Positions 45,344-55,193 of a stretch of 64,000 nt of DNA are shown here, piece by piece (position 1 is the stretch's first letter; each line of letters begins with the position of its first letter). The stretch comes from an uncultured virus (IMG/VR IMGVR_UViG_3300034082_002390). Its lineage: Duplodnaviria > Heunggongvirae > Uroviricota > Caudoviricetes. The stretch lies in the IMG/VR virus record IMGVR_UViG_3300034082_002390; one strand, written 5' to 3'. Below the pieces are notes generated by a model. It saw only the letters and a list, made by a program, of their open reading frames with translations, was not told the DNA's origin and did no database searches. Both the position numbers and the translations under genes were made by a program.

Positions 45344-46256
45344 GGTTTCTCCATAAATCTAATGTTACACAATGGAACCCACCGCCCAGTGTGCGACTGT
45401 GTCGCAGTTCAAGAGGAACAACTTTAAACTTTGATAATTCTAACAACTTTATCAACGCTGTTTGGTGCTGGTCTACAATAACTGTATTGGGATCCACTAC
45501 TAACATATTTAAGGCAATCCACTTGCTGGCATATGGATACTGATAAAAGTCTTGTTCAACCACTTGGTCAACCCAGATCACTTCCCAATTTTTAAAACAT
45601 TTGGGCAACATTTCTGTTGAAACTCTAGTGGCGTTGATTAGCACCAGGCCTTCGCGCAAAGGCACAATTGTAGAATCAATGTGTACCCCAGAGTAAAAAT
45701 TACACATTTCTATGTCAACTTCGGGAAATTGTTGACATAACCAATTGTAGGCTGCTTTGTTGCCACTGGCTGATTCTAAAAACAACATGTTGGTTGGGCC
45801 AAGACGTAGCACATTGGCAGCATCTAGTACTAATCCAGCACGTCTGGGCATTTCAATTATGGTGTCAGCTTCGTTGAATACGTCAGCAAGGCATTGACTC
45901 TCCATGTCTCGGCAAGGGTACATCATGGCTGGATCAACTACTGTGGTTCCGTGTACTAGTAATCGGTCTCGGGGACAATAGTTGTACATACCATCATGAG
46001 TTTGAAAATTCATGGGGTCTGGCCTAACAACTTGCACTCCAAGCAACACAAGAGTATCGGCTAGACGCTGTAGATCTTGATTTGCTTCGTCGATTATCCA
46101 GTCGGGCACAGGCCCCGAAGGTACCGGTGTTTCTTTCCACAGTGTTTTTTCACTTTCTTTACTAAACACTGGATCATAGCGAGGCCAATTAGCAAAGGAA
46201 GCATCACCAACCACTACCTTGCGCAGTGGATCCCATTCATTATAAGAATTAATCAT
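45336..46256 (-). CDS. Amidinotransferase (glycine/scyllo-inosamine amidinotransferase family), paralogue 1
   Basis: NEWDPLRKVVVG, YCPRD, DAAN (Asp), HIDST (His) and GGGFHCVT (Cys). Confidence 0.9.
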   Translation of the reverse strand: MINSYNEWDPLRKVVVGDASFANWPRYDPVFSKESEKTLWKETPVPSGPVPDWIIDEANQDLQRLADTLVLLGVQVVRPDPMNFQTHDGMYNYCPRDRLLVHGTTVVDPAMMYPCRDMESQCLADVFNEADTIIEMPRRAGLVLDAANVLRLGPTNMLFLESASGNKAAYNWLCQQFPEVDIEMCNFYSGVHIDSTIVPLREGLVLINATRVSTEMLPKCFKNWEVIWVDQVVEQDFYQYPYASKWIALNMLVVDPNTVIVDQHQTALIKLLELSKFKVVPLELRHSRTLGGGFHCVTLDLWRNHA

Positions 46257-46771
46257 TTGTGTCCAGTAATCTGAAGAGTGTATCTAGGAGTAGTTCCTAG
46301 ATTGGCTGCCAGGTGTGGTGTATCATACGACCACTCAACAACATCTCCAGCACGCCAATTTATATAGGGTTTGCCATTGCCTTCAAAGTAATGCCCCGAC
46401 TGCCAATCTTCTAGAAATATAATTGCTCTCCGAATTGACTGTTCTTGTCCTTGAAGATTAAACAAGTCAATATATTTCAGATATAAATCACTGTGCGTAG
46501 GAAGTATGGTGCCAGTGCCCATTCTGTAGTAACTTGTGCCAATATCTTTCCAGCCCAGTAATGTGTAAAAGTCAATAAAAAGATTGTTCCACTTTGGTTG
46601 CCGGCTACGCATATCACACATGTCACCAGTAAACTTATTGGTGTATCCTAACGACAGCCAGTTTTCGAGACTGACCGAGTCGTTGAATGTTTCGTTGATA
46701 TACTCTAAGTGTTTAAATTCATCATCCCAAAAAGCAGGAATGTGATACTTAACTAACTCGTGTGTTGCCAT
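46253..46771 (-). CDS. 2OG-Fe(II) oxygenase (Asp/Asn beta-hydroxylase-like)
   Basis: LPTHSD (HxD), PHLAAN and RYTLQITG. Confidence 0.75.
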   Translation of the reverse strand: MATHELVKYHIPAFWDDEFKHLEYINETFNDSVSLENWLSLGYTNKFTGDMCDMRSRQPKWNNLFIDFYTLLGWKDIGTSYYRMGTGTILPTHSDLYLKYIDLFNLQGQEQSIRRAIIFLEDWQSGHYFEGNGKPYINWRAGDVVEWSYDTPHLAANLGTTPRYTLQITGHK

Positions 46772-47999
46772 AATGAATCACAGTTATTCCTGGAATATTG
46801 GCAATTTTGCGCCAGGGGTCAACAACAACTGATCCGGGTTTGATATCACAATACGGCTGGGTGTCTTCTTGATCACCGGTGTATTCGTAAGTGATTTTAC
46901 GGTTGTGTGCCCAAAGAAACACAGCAGGAGTATCAACAGCAGTAACCACATCAGCAGGATCGTCAGCTAAAGGATCTACATATTTGACCTGTACTCCCAG
47001 TTGTTTGAGATAGTGTCCAACCAAAGTGCTGTAGCTGCCAATACAGTATGGCACATCGGGTTTGTAGGCTTTGCCGTGAATCACAATGGGCAAGATCTTT
47101 TGGTCCTGGGTGGCAGTGTCAAACAAAAATTTGGCAAGATTTTTTGCTTGAATTTCTCTAGCATGCATCACAGTATCAAATAGGTCGTAGCCGATGTCGT
47201 ACTCTTGTGCCAGCCAACGCAGTGCAATGTTGTCACGTGGATGGCAAGCACCTGCATCGCCCATGCCAGCTGTCATGTACTTAGGCCCCATGATACGCAT
47301 AGTACTACGAGCTAGTGCATCGGTTACAACATCAACATTGATGTGACCAATTTTCATAGCAAAGTCTTGAATCATGTTGACCAAGCCAACCTTGGCGCTG
47401 ATAAATGTGTTGTAGAATATTTTAATGGCTTCGCATTCATCCCAGGTACCAATCTCATAGCGCGGATTGTTCTGCATTATGCTCTTGTAGATCTCCACAA
47501 GCTCGTTGGCCAATGCATTGGGATTGCCGTCCTCGGTTCCGATCATGATCATTTCTGGATTGACCATGTCCCACTTAACTGACCCCATGGCAATCAAATA
47601 CGGATTGTATAAAAATTGATGTTTTTTATCCAACAATGGCACAAAGTGTTTCCGAGTAGTTCCGGGTAGTACAGTGCTGATCAGCACAATCTTCTTGGGA
47701 GTTGTTGCGTGGGCATTGATTTTCTCAATAGCATCTTTAACAGCATCATGTCCAAAGTCTTTTGGAGTCATGTGACTAGATGGAACACTGCCATCATACC
47801 CTTCTTGGTGTGGGGTTGGTACTGCTATAAAGATCCAATCACTGTTGTTTATGGTGTCTTCAATGCTGCAAACTTCTACCTGGTCACTTTGTCTTGGGTA
47901 AATATCATACCCGAAAACTTTATATTTCTCTGCAAATACTTCTGCACAATCTAGGCCAAGTTTGCCAAGACCAATAAAACCCACTTTGATATCGTTCAT
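46749..47999 (-). CDS. ugd: UDP-glucose/GDP-mannose 6-dehydrogenase family
   Basis: GFIGLGKLG, IAVPTP, STVLPGT, GDAGACHPRD and GKAYKP. Confidence 0.88.
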   Translation of the reverse strand: MNDIKVGFIGLGKLGLDCAEVFAEKYKVFGYDIYPRQSDQVEVCSIEDTINNSDWIFIAVPTPHQEGYDGSVPSSHMTPKDFGHDAVKDAIEKINAHATTPKKIVLISTVLPGTTRKHFVPLLDKKHQFLYNPYLIAMGSVKWDMVNPEMIMIGTEDGNPNALANELVEIYKSIMQNNPRYEIGTWDECEAIKIFYNTFISAKVGLVNMIQDFAMKIGHINVDVVTDALARSTMRIMGPKYMTAGMGDAGACHPRDNIALRWLAQEYDIGYDLFDTVMHAREIQAKNLAKFLFDTATQDQKILPIVIHGKAYKPDVPYCIGSYSTLVGHYLKQLGVQVKYVDPLADDPADVVTAVDTPAVFLWAHNRKITYEYTGDQEDTQPYCDIKPGSVVVDPWRKIANIPGITVIHYGNTRVS

Positions 48000-49314
48000 G
48001 AATGTTCCTCTTAATCAAATTTATAACTACCTCGAAGGGCTCGTCGGAGTTAATAGTACATTAATTTATCGTTTTGATCCACCGGGTAGTAAAAAAATTG
48101 GCAGTCTAACTGGGTCTAAACCTGTTACCATACCCTGGACTGAATACCAACGACTTATTGTCACTGTAATGCACGATCAAGAGCCGTTGAATTTTGATTT
48201 GTACACTGAATCTAGCATTGGGTCTGAATTATTTCAATGGTTCCGCGATCATCGCAACGGTCAAGATGCATGGTTTACTTCCACTATGTATAACGAAATT
48301 TGCAATCGCAATCTTGGGTTTGTGTATCATGGATCTACCACCTATGATCGAAACATCTTGGTACACAGTGAAAAACGCAGTACTGAATTGCAAAAGTACA
48401 GCAATATTGGGCTGGAGCCAGTGTATTGGTGGAGTCATGCCCTAATTGCACGTGACTGGTACCGATATGCAGAAATAGATCCGTTGTTGTTGCAACTGCC
48501 CACCGATTACAAGTATGACTTTAATGTCTACAATCGAGCTTGGTCTGGCACCCGAGAATATCGATTAAAATTTACTGATCTCGTAATTGACCAAGATTTA
48601 GTACACAATTGTAATATCGCATTTAATCAATTTGACAACAATGTGCACTATCAGAACTATGAGCTATGCAACAAGGCGTTTGCCCCAGATCATGATTTAA
48701 CAGTTTTGCCCAGCAATGCCGCTAGTTCAGCTTCTAGTGCAGATTACGATTGTTATGATTATTCAATCTCTTGGTTTGATGTGGTTCTAGAAACACTATT
48801 TGATGATCCAAGGCTTCATCTGACTGAAAAAATTCTGCGACCAATTGCATGTGGCAAACCATTTCTATTGGCTGCAACACACGGCAGCTTGCAGTATCTC
48901 AGGGACTATGGGTTCATGACGTTTGGTGACTTCATTGACGAATCGTATGATCTAATACAAGACCCAGTGCTTAGACTAAGAGCTCTAGTCGAGACCATGA
49001 AACAAATATCAGCACTGAGTCTTGCGCAAAAAAGATCACTAAAACAAAATATCAAACACATAACTCAGCATAACCGAGCTAGATTTTTCTCTCAAGACTT
49101 TTTCAATCAAGTCACTCAGGAATTTGTGCACAACCATCAACACGCACGTGAAATCTGCCAGAGCCACAATCTAGGCCAAAACTACGTTGATTATCGAAAA
49201 GTAGCAAAAACTGTGCCAGCCTTGCGTGATATACTAACCTCAGACGATCAATATCGTAGCCGGACTGATCTAGCAGTGCTGTTACAAGAAATACGAAAAC
49301 ACCAGGGACGTTAA
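47998..49314 (+). CDS. Hypothetical protein, glycosyltransferase-like C-terminal motif
   Basis: HDQEPL, VVLET, LTEKILRPI..GKPF and GFMTF...IDESYD. Confidence 0.55.
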   Translation: MNVPLNQIYNYLEGLVGVNSTLIYRFDPPGSKKIGSLTGSKPVTIPWTEYQRLIVTVMHDQEPLNFDLYTESSIGSELFQWFRDHRNGQDAWFTSTMYNEICNRNLGFVYHGSTTYDRNILVHSEKRSTELQKYSNIGLEPVYWWSHALIARDWYRYAEIDPLLLQLPTDYKYDFNVYNRAWSGTREYRLKFTDLVIDQDLVHNCNIAFNQFDNNVHYQNYELCNKAFAPDHDLTVLPSNAASSASSADYDCYDYSISWFDVVLETLFDDPRLHLTEKILRPIACGKPFLLAATHGSLQYLRDYGFMTFGDFIDESYDLIQDPVLRLRALVETMKQISALSLAQKRSLKQNIKHITQHNRARFFSQDFFNQVTQEFVHNHQHAREICQSHNLGQNYVDYRKVAKTVPALRDILTSDDQYRSRTDLAVLLQEIRKHQGR

Positions 49315-49667
49315 CTTCTTGTCACAATTCCAGTCCAGTCACTGCCTGGGTCAACAATTTCAAAATCTTTAATTCGATCCAGCAATGTATCATAGAAGCT
49401 GTCCAATTCACCTCGCCATTTGCCTTGCAAATGTTCAATTGCATCACGACAGTATTTCCAATTCTTCAATCGATAATTGATCATGAGATTATGGTGCAAG
49501 TCGGTGAATTGCGTAATGGTCAACATTTCAGTCAGCGGTATCTGTTCCATCACACAATACGCTGTGACTGGTGCATCGCTGTTGGGGAATTGCATGGTAT
49601 CTAATTCTAATACCATGTAGCGATCATCTAGTGATGAAAAATTCTCTTTGCCAAAAATTATATTCAT
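49311..49667 (-). CDS. Hypothetical protein
   Basis: LELDT...W.G C-terminus; AGGA RBS. Confidence 0.6.
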   Translation of the reverse strand: MNIIFGKENFSSLDDRYMVLELDTMQFPNSDAPVTAYCVMEQIPLTEMLTITQFTDLHHNLMINYRLKNWKYCRDAIEHLQGKWRGELDSFYDTLLDRIKDFEIVDPGSDWTGIVTRS

Positions 49668-49694
49668 GTGTAATTTCCTTTTAAATATGTATTG

Positions 49695-50474
49695 ATGAAA
49701 CTAGCCTTTGACCTTATTTCTGACTTGCATGTCAGCTCGCATACCGAGTTTGATTGGACCAGTCAAGCCACCAGCCCCATTTGTGTAGTCGCCGGAGATG
49801 TAGCGCATGATCACAGCGAACTTAGACGAGTGCTTAAACATTTGGGTAAAAATTACCAAGCAGTATTTTATATTGACGGGAACGATGAACATCGACATGC
49901 ACTTGAGACACTAGACACTAACTACGCTGCCGTGCGAGCCGCAGTTGAAGGTATTGATAACGTCACATACATGCATGATCATGTTGTTATCATCAATGGG
50001 GTAGCAATTATTGCCACCAATGGTTGGTGGAGCTTTGATTGGTCCAAGCAATTCACAGTTGAGGAAACCAAGGCAGGTGTTGAGAATCATTATGGCATAA
50101 CCAATATTGGAACATCGTTGATAGAATCTATTGCCAACAGTGATTCATTGTATCTGGATCGAAGCATAGCTAGATTACAAACCTTTAATGATGTCAAACG
50201 AATAGTTATAGTAACACACACTGTTCCCCGGGGAATATTTTTACAACACGACCCTGATCTCGCAAACTACAGAATCAATTCTTCTATCAATAGCAACATC
50301 ACCATGGGATTGAGTAGTGACACTGAGAAAAAAGTAACCACCTGGTGCTTTGGGCACTATCACTGGCCTGTTGACCAAGTGATTGACAATGTCAGATACG
50401 TGTCTAATCCACGTGGCAGAATAGACTCGCCCTGGCATCGTAACCCATATTTTCCCATACGGATAGAAGTTTAA
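49695..50474 (+). CDS. Calcineurin-like metallophosphoesterase
   Basis: SDLH, AGDV, GNDE, THT, FGHYH and SNPRG; TAAATA at 49682. Confidence 0.8.
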   Translation: MKLAFDLISDLHVSSHTEFDWTSQATSPICVVAGDVAHDHSELRRVLKHLGKNYQAVFYIDGNDEHRHALETLDTNYAAVRAAVEGIDNVTYMHDHVVIINGVAIIATNGWWSFDWSKQFTVEETKAGVENHYGITNIGTSLIESIANSDSLYLDRSIARLQTFNDVKRIVIVTHTVPRGIFLQHDPDLANYRINSSINSNITMGLSSDTEKKVTTWCFGHYHWPVDQVIDNVRYVSNPRGRIDSPWHRNPYFPIRIEV

Positions 50475-50785
50475 CCACCATCTGGCTCAAGTTTGATTTG
50501 CAACGGAAATCCTTTTTCCCTTGCACTAACTGTGATTTCAATTCCCTTTTGTTCGGCAATCTCGTAGGGCAACACTGCCACTGTGGCTGCACCAGCTTCG
50601 TGAATACTTTGTGTTATATTCTCTGCTGTTGTAACAGAATAATCAAAATGTTCGATCAAACTTTCAATTACAAAATCCACTGGAGTTGAATTGTCATTGA
50701 TATAGATCACTCGATACAACGGTGGTTCTTTAAGAGATAAGTTGGTTTTTACTCGTACTCGAGTTTTAGGGTCAGCTTGTGACAT
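50471..50785 (-). CDS. clpS: ATP-dependent Clp protease adaptor ClpS
   Basis: PPLYRVIYIND.STP..FV, IHEAG, EIAE.K and FPL. Confidence 0.9.
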   Translation of the reverse strand: MSQADPKTRVRVKTNLSLKEPPLYRVIYINDNSTPVDFVIESLIEHFDYSVTTAENITQSIHEAGAATVAVLPYEIAEQKGIEITVSAREKGFPLQIKLEPDGG

Positions 50786-50795
50786 AATATTCCTT

Positions 50796-50823
50796 GAAAA
50801 ACTGGGGGCAATGCGCCCCCAGT
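50796..50823 (-). terminator. Rho-independent terminator after hsp20
   Basis: ACTGGGGGC-GCATT-GCCCCCAGT followed by TTTT. Confidence 0.75.
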
Positions 50824-50828
50824 GTTAT

Positions 50829-51287
50829 TTACGTTGGTGAAGAGTTTTCGTAAGCAATAGCAATGCTCTTGGGTTTCATTGCTTCTGGCACACGTTGCTC
50901 CAATCGTACAGTTAGGATACCGTCACGTGCGATAGCGTCCACAACTTCAACGTAATCGCCTAGTGGCCAACTACGTAAAAATTTGCGAGCACTGATGCCT
51001 TGATAATAGTACTCATGCCCAGCTGGCAATGTAGATACACGTTTTTCGCCCACAATATTAATAACGCCTTCGCGCACAGTGATATCAATTTCACCCTGAG
51101 TAAAACCAGCCACAGCCAGTTGTAATTCAAAAGTGTGTTCACCAGTCTTGATGATGTTATAAGGGGGATAGTTTGTACCCGATGTTGCCGATGTTTCAAT
51201 TTGATTGATAATTCTATCAAACAAGCGATCAACACCAATAGAAGTACGATACAAGGGGGATAGATCGAAAGCTGTAATTTTAGTCAT
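50829..51287 (-). CDS. ibpA: Small heat shock protein (IbpA/Hsp20)
   Basis: DLSPLYRTSIG.DRLF, NYPPYNI, LAVAGF, GISAR.F and PEAMKPKSIAI. Confidence 0.93.
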   Translation of the reverse strand: MTKITAFDLSPLYRTSIGVDRLFDRIINQIETSATSGTNYPPYNIIKTGEHTFELQLAVAGFTQGEIDITVREGVINIVGEKRVSTLPAGHEYYYQGISARKFLRSWPLGDYVEVVDAIARDGILTVRLEQRVPEAMKPKSIAIAYENSSPT

Positions 51288-51294
51288 TTGTTTT

Positions 51295-51356
51295 CTCCTT
51301 TAATAAGCAAGTTGACTTTTTGTAGCCCGACTGTCGGCACTACAAGTGTATTTATA
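51295..51356 (-). promoter_or_regulatory. TATAAATA late promoter plus ROSE-like RNA thermometer
   Basis: TATAAATA at 51356-51349; hairpin 51345-51320; CUU-G-CUU/AAGGAG SD hairpin 51311-51295. Confidence 0.7.
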
Positions 51357-51369
51357 ACACATTTTTTAA

Positions 51370-51639
51370 TTATGTACGATTGTTTAGGTCTGACACCACA
51401 CGAAAATTTATCCAATCATGCGCTTGATTCCAACTTTTGGGATTCCAGGTCAGCACAAATAATGTGTAGTTACGGTCGTCCTCAAATGTCAATCTGTGTT
51501 TGTTTTTTATTGTTTTTTGCTTGGATGACACTGGGTATTTTTCCAACCAACTGTGTATTTCTTCACGTATGATCGTCAAGGCATAGTAGGTATATTGATT
51601 GTCCTTGCCCGACTGTGGCAAACTGAATTCGATGTACAT
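51370..51639 (-). CDS. Hypothetical protein
   Basis: Coupled to the clpX stop. Confidence 0.55.
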   Translation of the reverse strand: MYIEFSLPQSGKDNQYTYYALTIIREEIHSWLEKYPVSSKQKTIKNKHRLTFEDDRNYTLFVLTWNPKSWNQAHDWINFRVVSDLNNRT

Positions 51640-52826
51640 TAAAGTGCATTGGGAATCTTGACTAGCTCAGCATCAATAGTAAGCGATCCGCGCCCTTCAT
51701 CTCTATAACGAATCAAATCAAACATGTGCGGCATAAGCACACGTTCAAGTTCACTGTGCAATGCTCGGGCCCCGGTGCCGGATACTATGGCTCGATCAAC
51801 CAATGCTTCTAGTGCATCAGGTGTGATAATGACTTCAACATTGTCTTTTTTGAATAGCCATTTGTACTGATCAATGTAGTTGTTGCGCACTTCAGTCAAC
51901 ACCCGAATCAAATCCTTACGATCAAGATGGTTGAGTGTGACCATTGTTGGAAATCGACCTACAAATTCTGGAATAAGACCAAAGCGAACCAAATCGTCAG
52001 GTACCACTTGTGTCAGTTCAACATCTCTTGTGGTTGTTACTGGGGAAGTGAATCCCATAGACGAGCCGTTGACTCTATTTTTAATAACTTGTTCTAGGCC
52101 AACAAATGCGCCTCCGGCAATAAACAATATATTGCTTGTGTCAATTTCAATTATTTCGCCTGCAGGATTTTTACGACCTCCCCCAGACGGTATACGACAA
52201 ACTGTGCCTTCAACCAATTTAAGCAGTGCTTGTTGAACACCTTCTCCGGATACATCTCGAGTGATGCTGGAGCTTTCGCTTTTGCGAGCAATTTTATCAA
52301 TTTCATCCACAAAAACAATGCCACGTTGTGTTTTTTCAACACTGTTGCCCGATGCTGTGTACAATCGACCTATCAAGCTTTCCACATCATCGCCCACGTA
52401 ACCTGCTTCGGTGATGCTGGTGGCATCAGCAATCACAAATGGTACGTCGAGGTATCGTGCCACACTTCGTGCCAGCAATGTTTTGCCCGACCCAGTGGGG
52501 CCTAGCACAAGAATGTTTGCCTTGGTAACTTCAGGATCACTGTCCAGTCGTTGAATACGTTTGTAGTGGTTGATTACTGCAACCCCCAAAACTATTTTGG
52601 CATTTTCTTGACCAATAACATACTGATCTAGATATTTCTTTAATAGTCTTGGATCAGTCAACTCTTGATCTAATTTTAAAACTTCCTCTGCTGGGTCAAG
52701 TAATAAATCCTGACACAGCTGAACGCATTCGTTGCATATTGCACTGCGATCACTAACAATGAGTTTTTGCACACTATCTTTGTGCTTGTTGCAAAAGCTA
52801 CATGTATCGGTAATATTATCTGCCAT
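51639..52826 (-). CDS. clpX: ATP-dependent Clp protease ATPase subunit
   Basis: CSFC..C..C zinc domain, [34 protein letters not shown] and TGAR. Confidence 0.95.
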   Translation of the reverse strand: MADNITDTCSFCNKHKDSVQKLIVSDRSAICNECVQLCQDLLLDPAEEVLKLDQELTDPRLLKKYLDQYVIGQENAKIVLGVAVINHYKRIQRLDSDPEVTKANILVLGPTGSGKTLLARSVARYLDVPFVIADATSITEAGYVGDDVESLIGRLYTASGNSVEKTQRGIVFVDEIDKIARKSESSSITRDVSGEGVQQALLKLVEGTVCRIPSGGGRKNPAGEIIEIDTSNILFIAGGAFVGLEQVIKNRVNGSSMGFTSPVTTTRDVELTQVVPDDLVRFGLIPEFVGRFPTMVTLNHLDRKDLIRVLTEVRNNYIDQYKWLFKKDNVEVIITPDALEALVDRAIVSGTGARALHSELERVLMPHMFDLIRYRDEGRGSLTIDAELVKIPNAL

Positions 52827-54361
52827 TAAATTTCCTGTCGAAGTCGTTGTTCAATTTGTAAACGTTCACTATCTGTTAAGAGTTCAGGGTCGTATTCGCC
52901 CGAACTCACTCGATCAATTAAGCTTGTGATATATGCAGAATTGTAAGAATAAGTATCGCTGTTGTTTTTGTCAACCTCTATCCATGATGTACCATTGTAT
53001 TTGTAAAGCTTGGTTGGGATAGACACAGTGTCTATAAACATATCTCCCTTGATTGGGAATTCTGGAAATTCTTTTCCGTAAGACATTTCAGGACCGTCAA
53101 GGTATACCTCCCACGGCAATCTTTTGATAATGCCACGTGCCAATAACTGTCTCTGAACTTTTAATGTATCAGTTGGATGCAATGATTTCCAACGATTTTT
53201 AGCTGCCTTGACTTCGGGTTCATCGGACTCCTCGTCATGATCAACTTCATTGTTGTGTGTGTTGGCAGTTACTTCTTGACTGGGACTAGGCTGTGCTGTT
53301 GCTGGTGGGGGATACACCATGGGCTTGAGATCTTCAAAATGCTTGAATGGTTGATTCAAGTATGGGTGTTGTTCAAGTAACGATTTCTCAGGTTCTACTT
53401 TTTCTACTGGATCTGGTTCAGGAAGAGGTTGTTCAACAACAGAGTCTTGAGTTATCTTGTCATCAAAATCTTTAGGATGCTCACCTGGGTCAACAAACTT
53501 CATTCCTGTTTCTTTTATTTCTTCAACTGGTTCTTGTATATTTTTTGGTGGTTCAGGCACTTGTGCAACATGAGTGGGTTGAGGAAGTTCTATTTCCTCT
53601 TTTGGTTTTCTGTACCACTTGCGACTTTCTGTTGCTGCCAACAACATCATGATAGCCAAAGGATCAAACACAGCAACAATGATGATGATAACCCAGGTCA
53701 CTGCCTTTTCCAACAAGTTAGCATCGGGATCGTTCCCGTAGATAAACGCCGCAATGTATTTTAACGGACCAACTTCTGCTTCCACCTTGCGTACTTCAGC
53801 GGCGATGGGTGCCCGTTCTTCACTAAGTTGAGTAATTGTTTTCTGTTCGGCTGTAATCTCAGAAAGTAGTCTAGTGCGTTCTTTGGCCTGCGCCTTGCGC
53901 AACGCAACTGCTTTGTCCGCACCTTTTTCATCTTGACTTCGACCCATAACTTGGTCCACAGACTCATCCATCTGTTTGAGTACTCGGCGATTAGCATCAA
54001 TGTTTTCCTTTGCTACTTTAATCTTTTCGTCATACACAGCAATCTTTGCCTGTACATCTCCACCCACCAGACTTTGATCTGAGTGTGCTTTGCTCAAGAA
54101 GCCAAAGATGCCCATGCTGGTAATCAACATCAGCATGCCCACAGCAGGCACTAGATACACCTTCATTGTGAGTCTGCATCGATCCCAGTACTCGTGTAAC
54201 CACACAGTTACAACAAGCTTGGCCACTTCCAAGATACTGCCCATGATAACAATAGGAACCACAGCCGCGGCAAAGATAGCGGTTAAACCCACTATAGAAT
54301 AAAAAGCAGCCACAGCAGATAAGCATATGGCAACTATAAACATCAATGCAGTTAGTATCAT
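52826..54361 (-). CDS. Membrane-anchored coiled-coil phage protein
   Basis: N-terminal TM helices, [17 protein letters not shown] and FDPLA; TAAATA at 54373-54368. Confidence 0.7.
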   Translation of the reverse strand: MILTALMFIVAICLSAVAAFYSIVGLTAIFAAAVVPIVIMGSILEVAKLVVTVWLHEYWDRCRLTMKVYLVPAVGMLMLITSMGIFGFLSKAHSDQSLVGGDVQAKIAVYDEKIKVAKENIDANRRVLKQMDESVDQVMGRSQDEKGADKAVALRKAQAKERTRLLSEITAEQKTITQLSEERAPIAAEVRKVEAEVGPLKYIAAFIYGNDPDANLLEKAVTWVIIIIVAVFDPLAIMMLLAATESRKWYRKPKEEIELPQPTHVAQVPEPPKNIQEPVEEIKETGMKFVDPGEHPKDFDDKITQDSVVEQPLPEPDPVEKVEPEKSLLEQHPYLNQPFKHFEDLKPMVYPPPATAQPSPSQEVTANTHNNEVDHDEESDEPEVKAAKNRWKSLHPTDTLKVQRQLLARGIIKRLPWEVYLDGPEMSYGKEFPEFPIKGDMFIDTVSIPTKLYKYNGTSWIEVDKNNSDTYSYNSAYITSLIDRVSSGEYDPELLTDSERLQIEQRLRQEI

Positions 54362-54366
54362 TTGAA

Positions 54367-54654
54367 TTATTTATCGACTCCGTTAGGGGCTCTGATAGTG
54401 ATTTGCACTGCCATCTTGGTAGCTACCCAAGTGGCCCATCTCGGGTCTGGTACATCAAACCAAACATAAATGCCTGCTTTGCTAGTGCTTGCTTGTAACC
54501 TTCTTTTAACTTTGGGCTGACAGCGCCAGTTCCTGTGGAACCATTGCTGTGCTTCGTGAATTATCTGATACCACTGATTGGTAGAGTTAACCTTTATCCA
54601 GAATCGGTGTAGCTCGGGGGTCGTTTCTTTAAGCGGATCAATTATCGTTGACAT
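54367..54654 (-). CDS. Hypothetical protein
   Basis: Trp-rich ORF downstream of the structured leader. Confidence 0.55.
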   Translation of the reverse strand: MSTIIDPLKETTPELHRFWIKVNSTNQWYQIIHEAQQWFHRNWRCQPKVKRRLQASTSKAGIYVWFDVPDPRWATWVATKMAVQITIRAPNGVDK

Positions 54655-54704
54655 AAAATTTAGAGATCTCTGAATTGATACATCGTAATACGTTGCTTTA
54701 CACC

Positions 54705-54908
54705 TCACTGCACTTTTATTGGCCTACCAATCAGTAGCGGTACCCTAAAGGTACATTTCTGAAGTTTTAACACAGAATTCAGCAGTTGTTTTTCTGCATC
54801 AAGCAGGTGCCGCACCTCGAGGAATTAAACAGTACTTGCCACGGTCTCTTACCTCTTTTGATTCGAATAATAAGACCTAACTACCACCCCAGTTCCCCTT
54901 TGCTACAC
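54705..54908 (-). ncRNA. Candidate structured RNA (multi-hairpin)
   Basis: ORF-free stretch after TTGTTA-17-TATTAT with five short stems and a closing stem. Confidence 0.4.
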
Positions 54909-54950
54909 TCACATAATAACAGAATGTAATAAATTTAACAATACTTTTGG

Positions 54951-55193
54951 TTAATTGTTTTTGTTTCTCAGCAAGTACATTGTGACTTCGCTGCCGGATA
55001 CCTTGACCAGTTCTTGCGGATACTTGTTGCAGTCGGCCCACCGATTGCTCACGCCTTTGACCCCTACCATTTTGGGATTGAGTTTGGCCACGGTGCCCAC
55101 GTTCATGCTGTTGCTTCGCGGGTAAACCACACAGTCGCCTATGTCCAAGGGTTGGCCAAACAGGTCTGAATGTTGAACCGGCACTTTAGACAT
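54951..55193 (-). CDS. Hypothetical protein (KOW/SH3-like)
   Basis: DLFGQPLDIGDCVVY. Confidence 0.6.
   Translation of the reverse strand: MSKVPVQHSDLFGQPLDIGDCVVYPRSNSMNVGTVAKLNPKMVGVKGVSNRWADCNKYPQELVKVSGSEVTMYLLRNKNN

Noticed and set aside
54705..54908. Possible tRNA or tmRNA
   Set aside because: There is no cloverleaf with a matching T-arm, acceptor stem and CCA; it is kept only as an unclassified structured RNA candidate.
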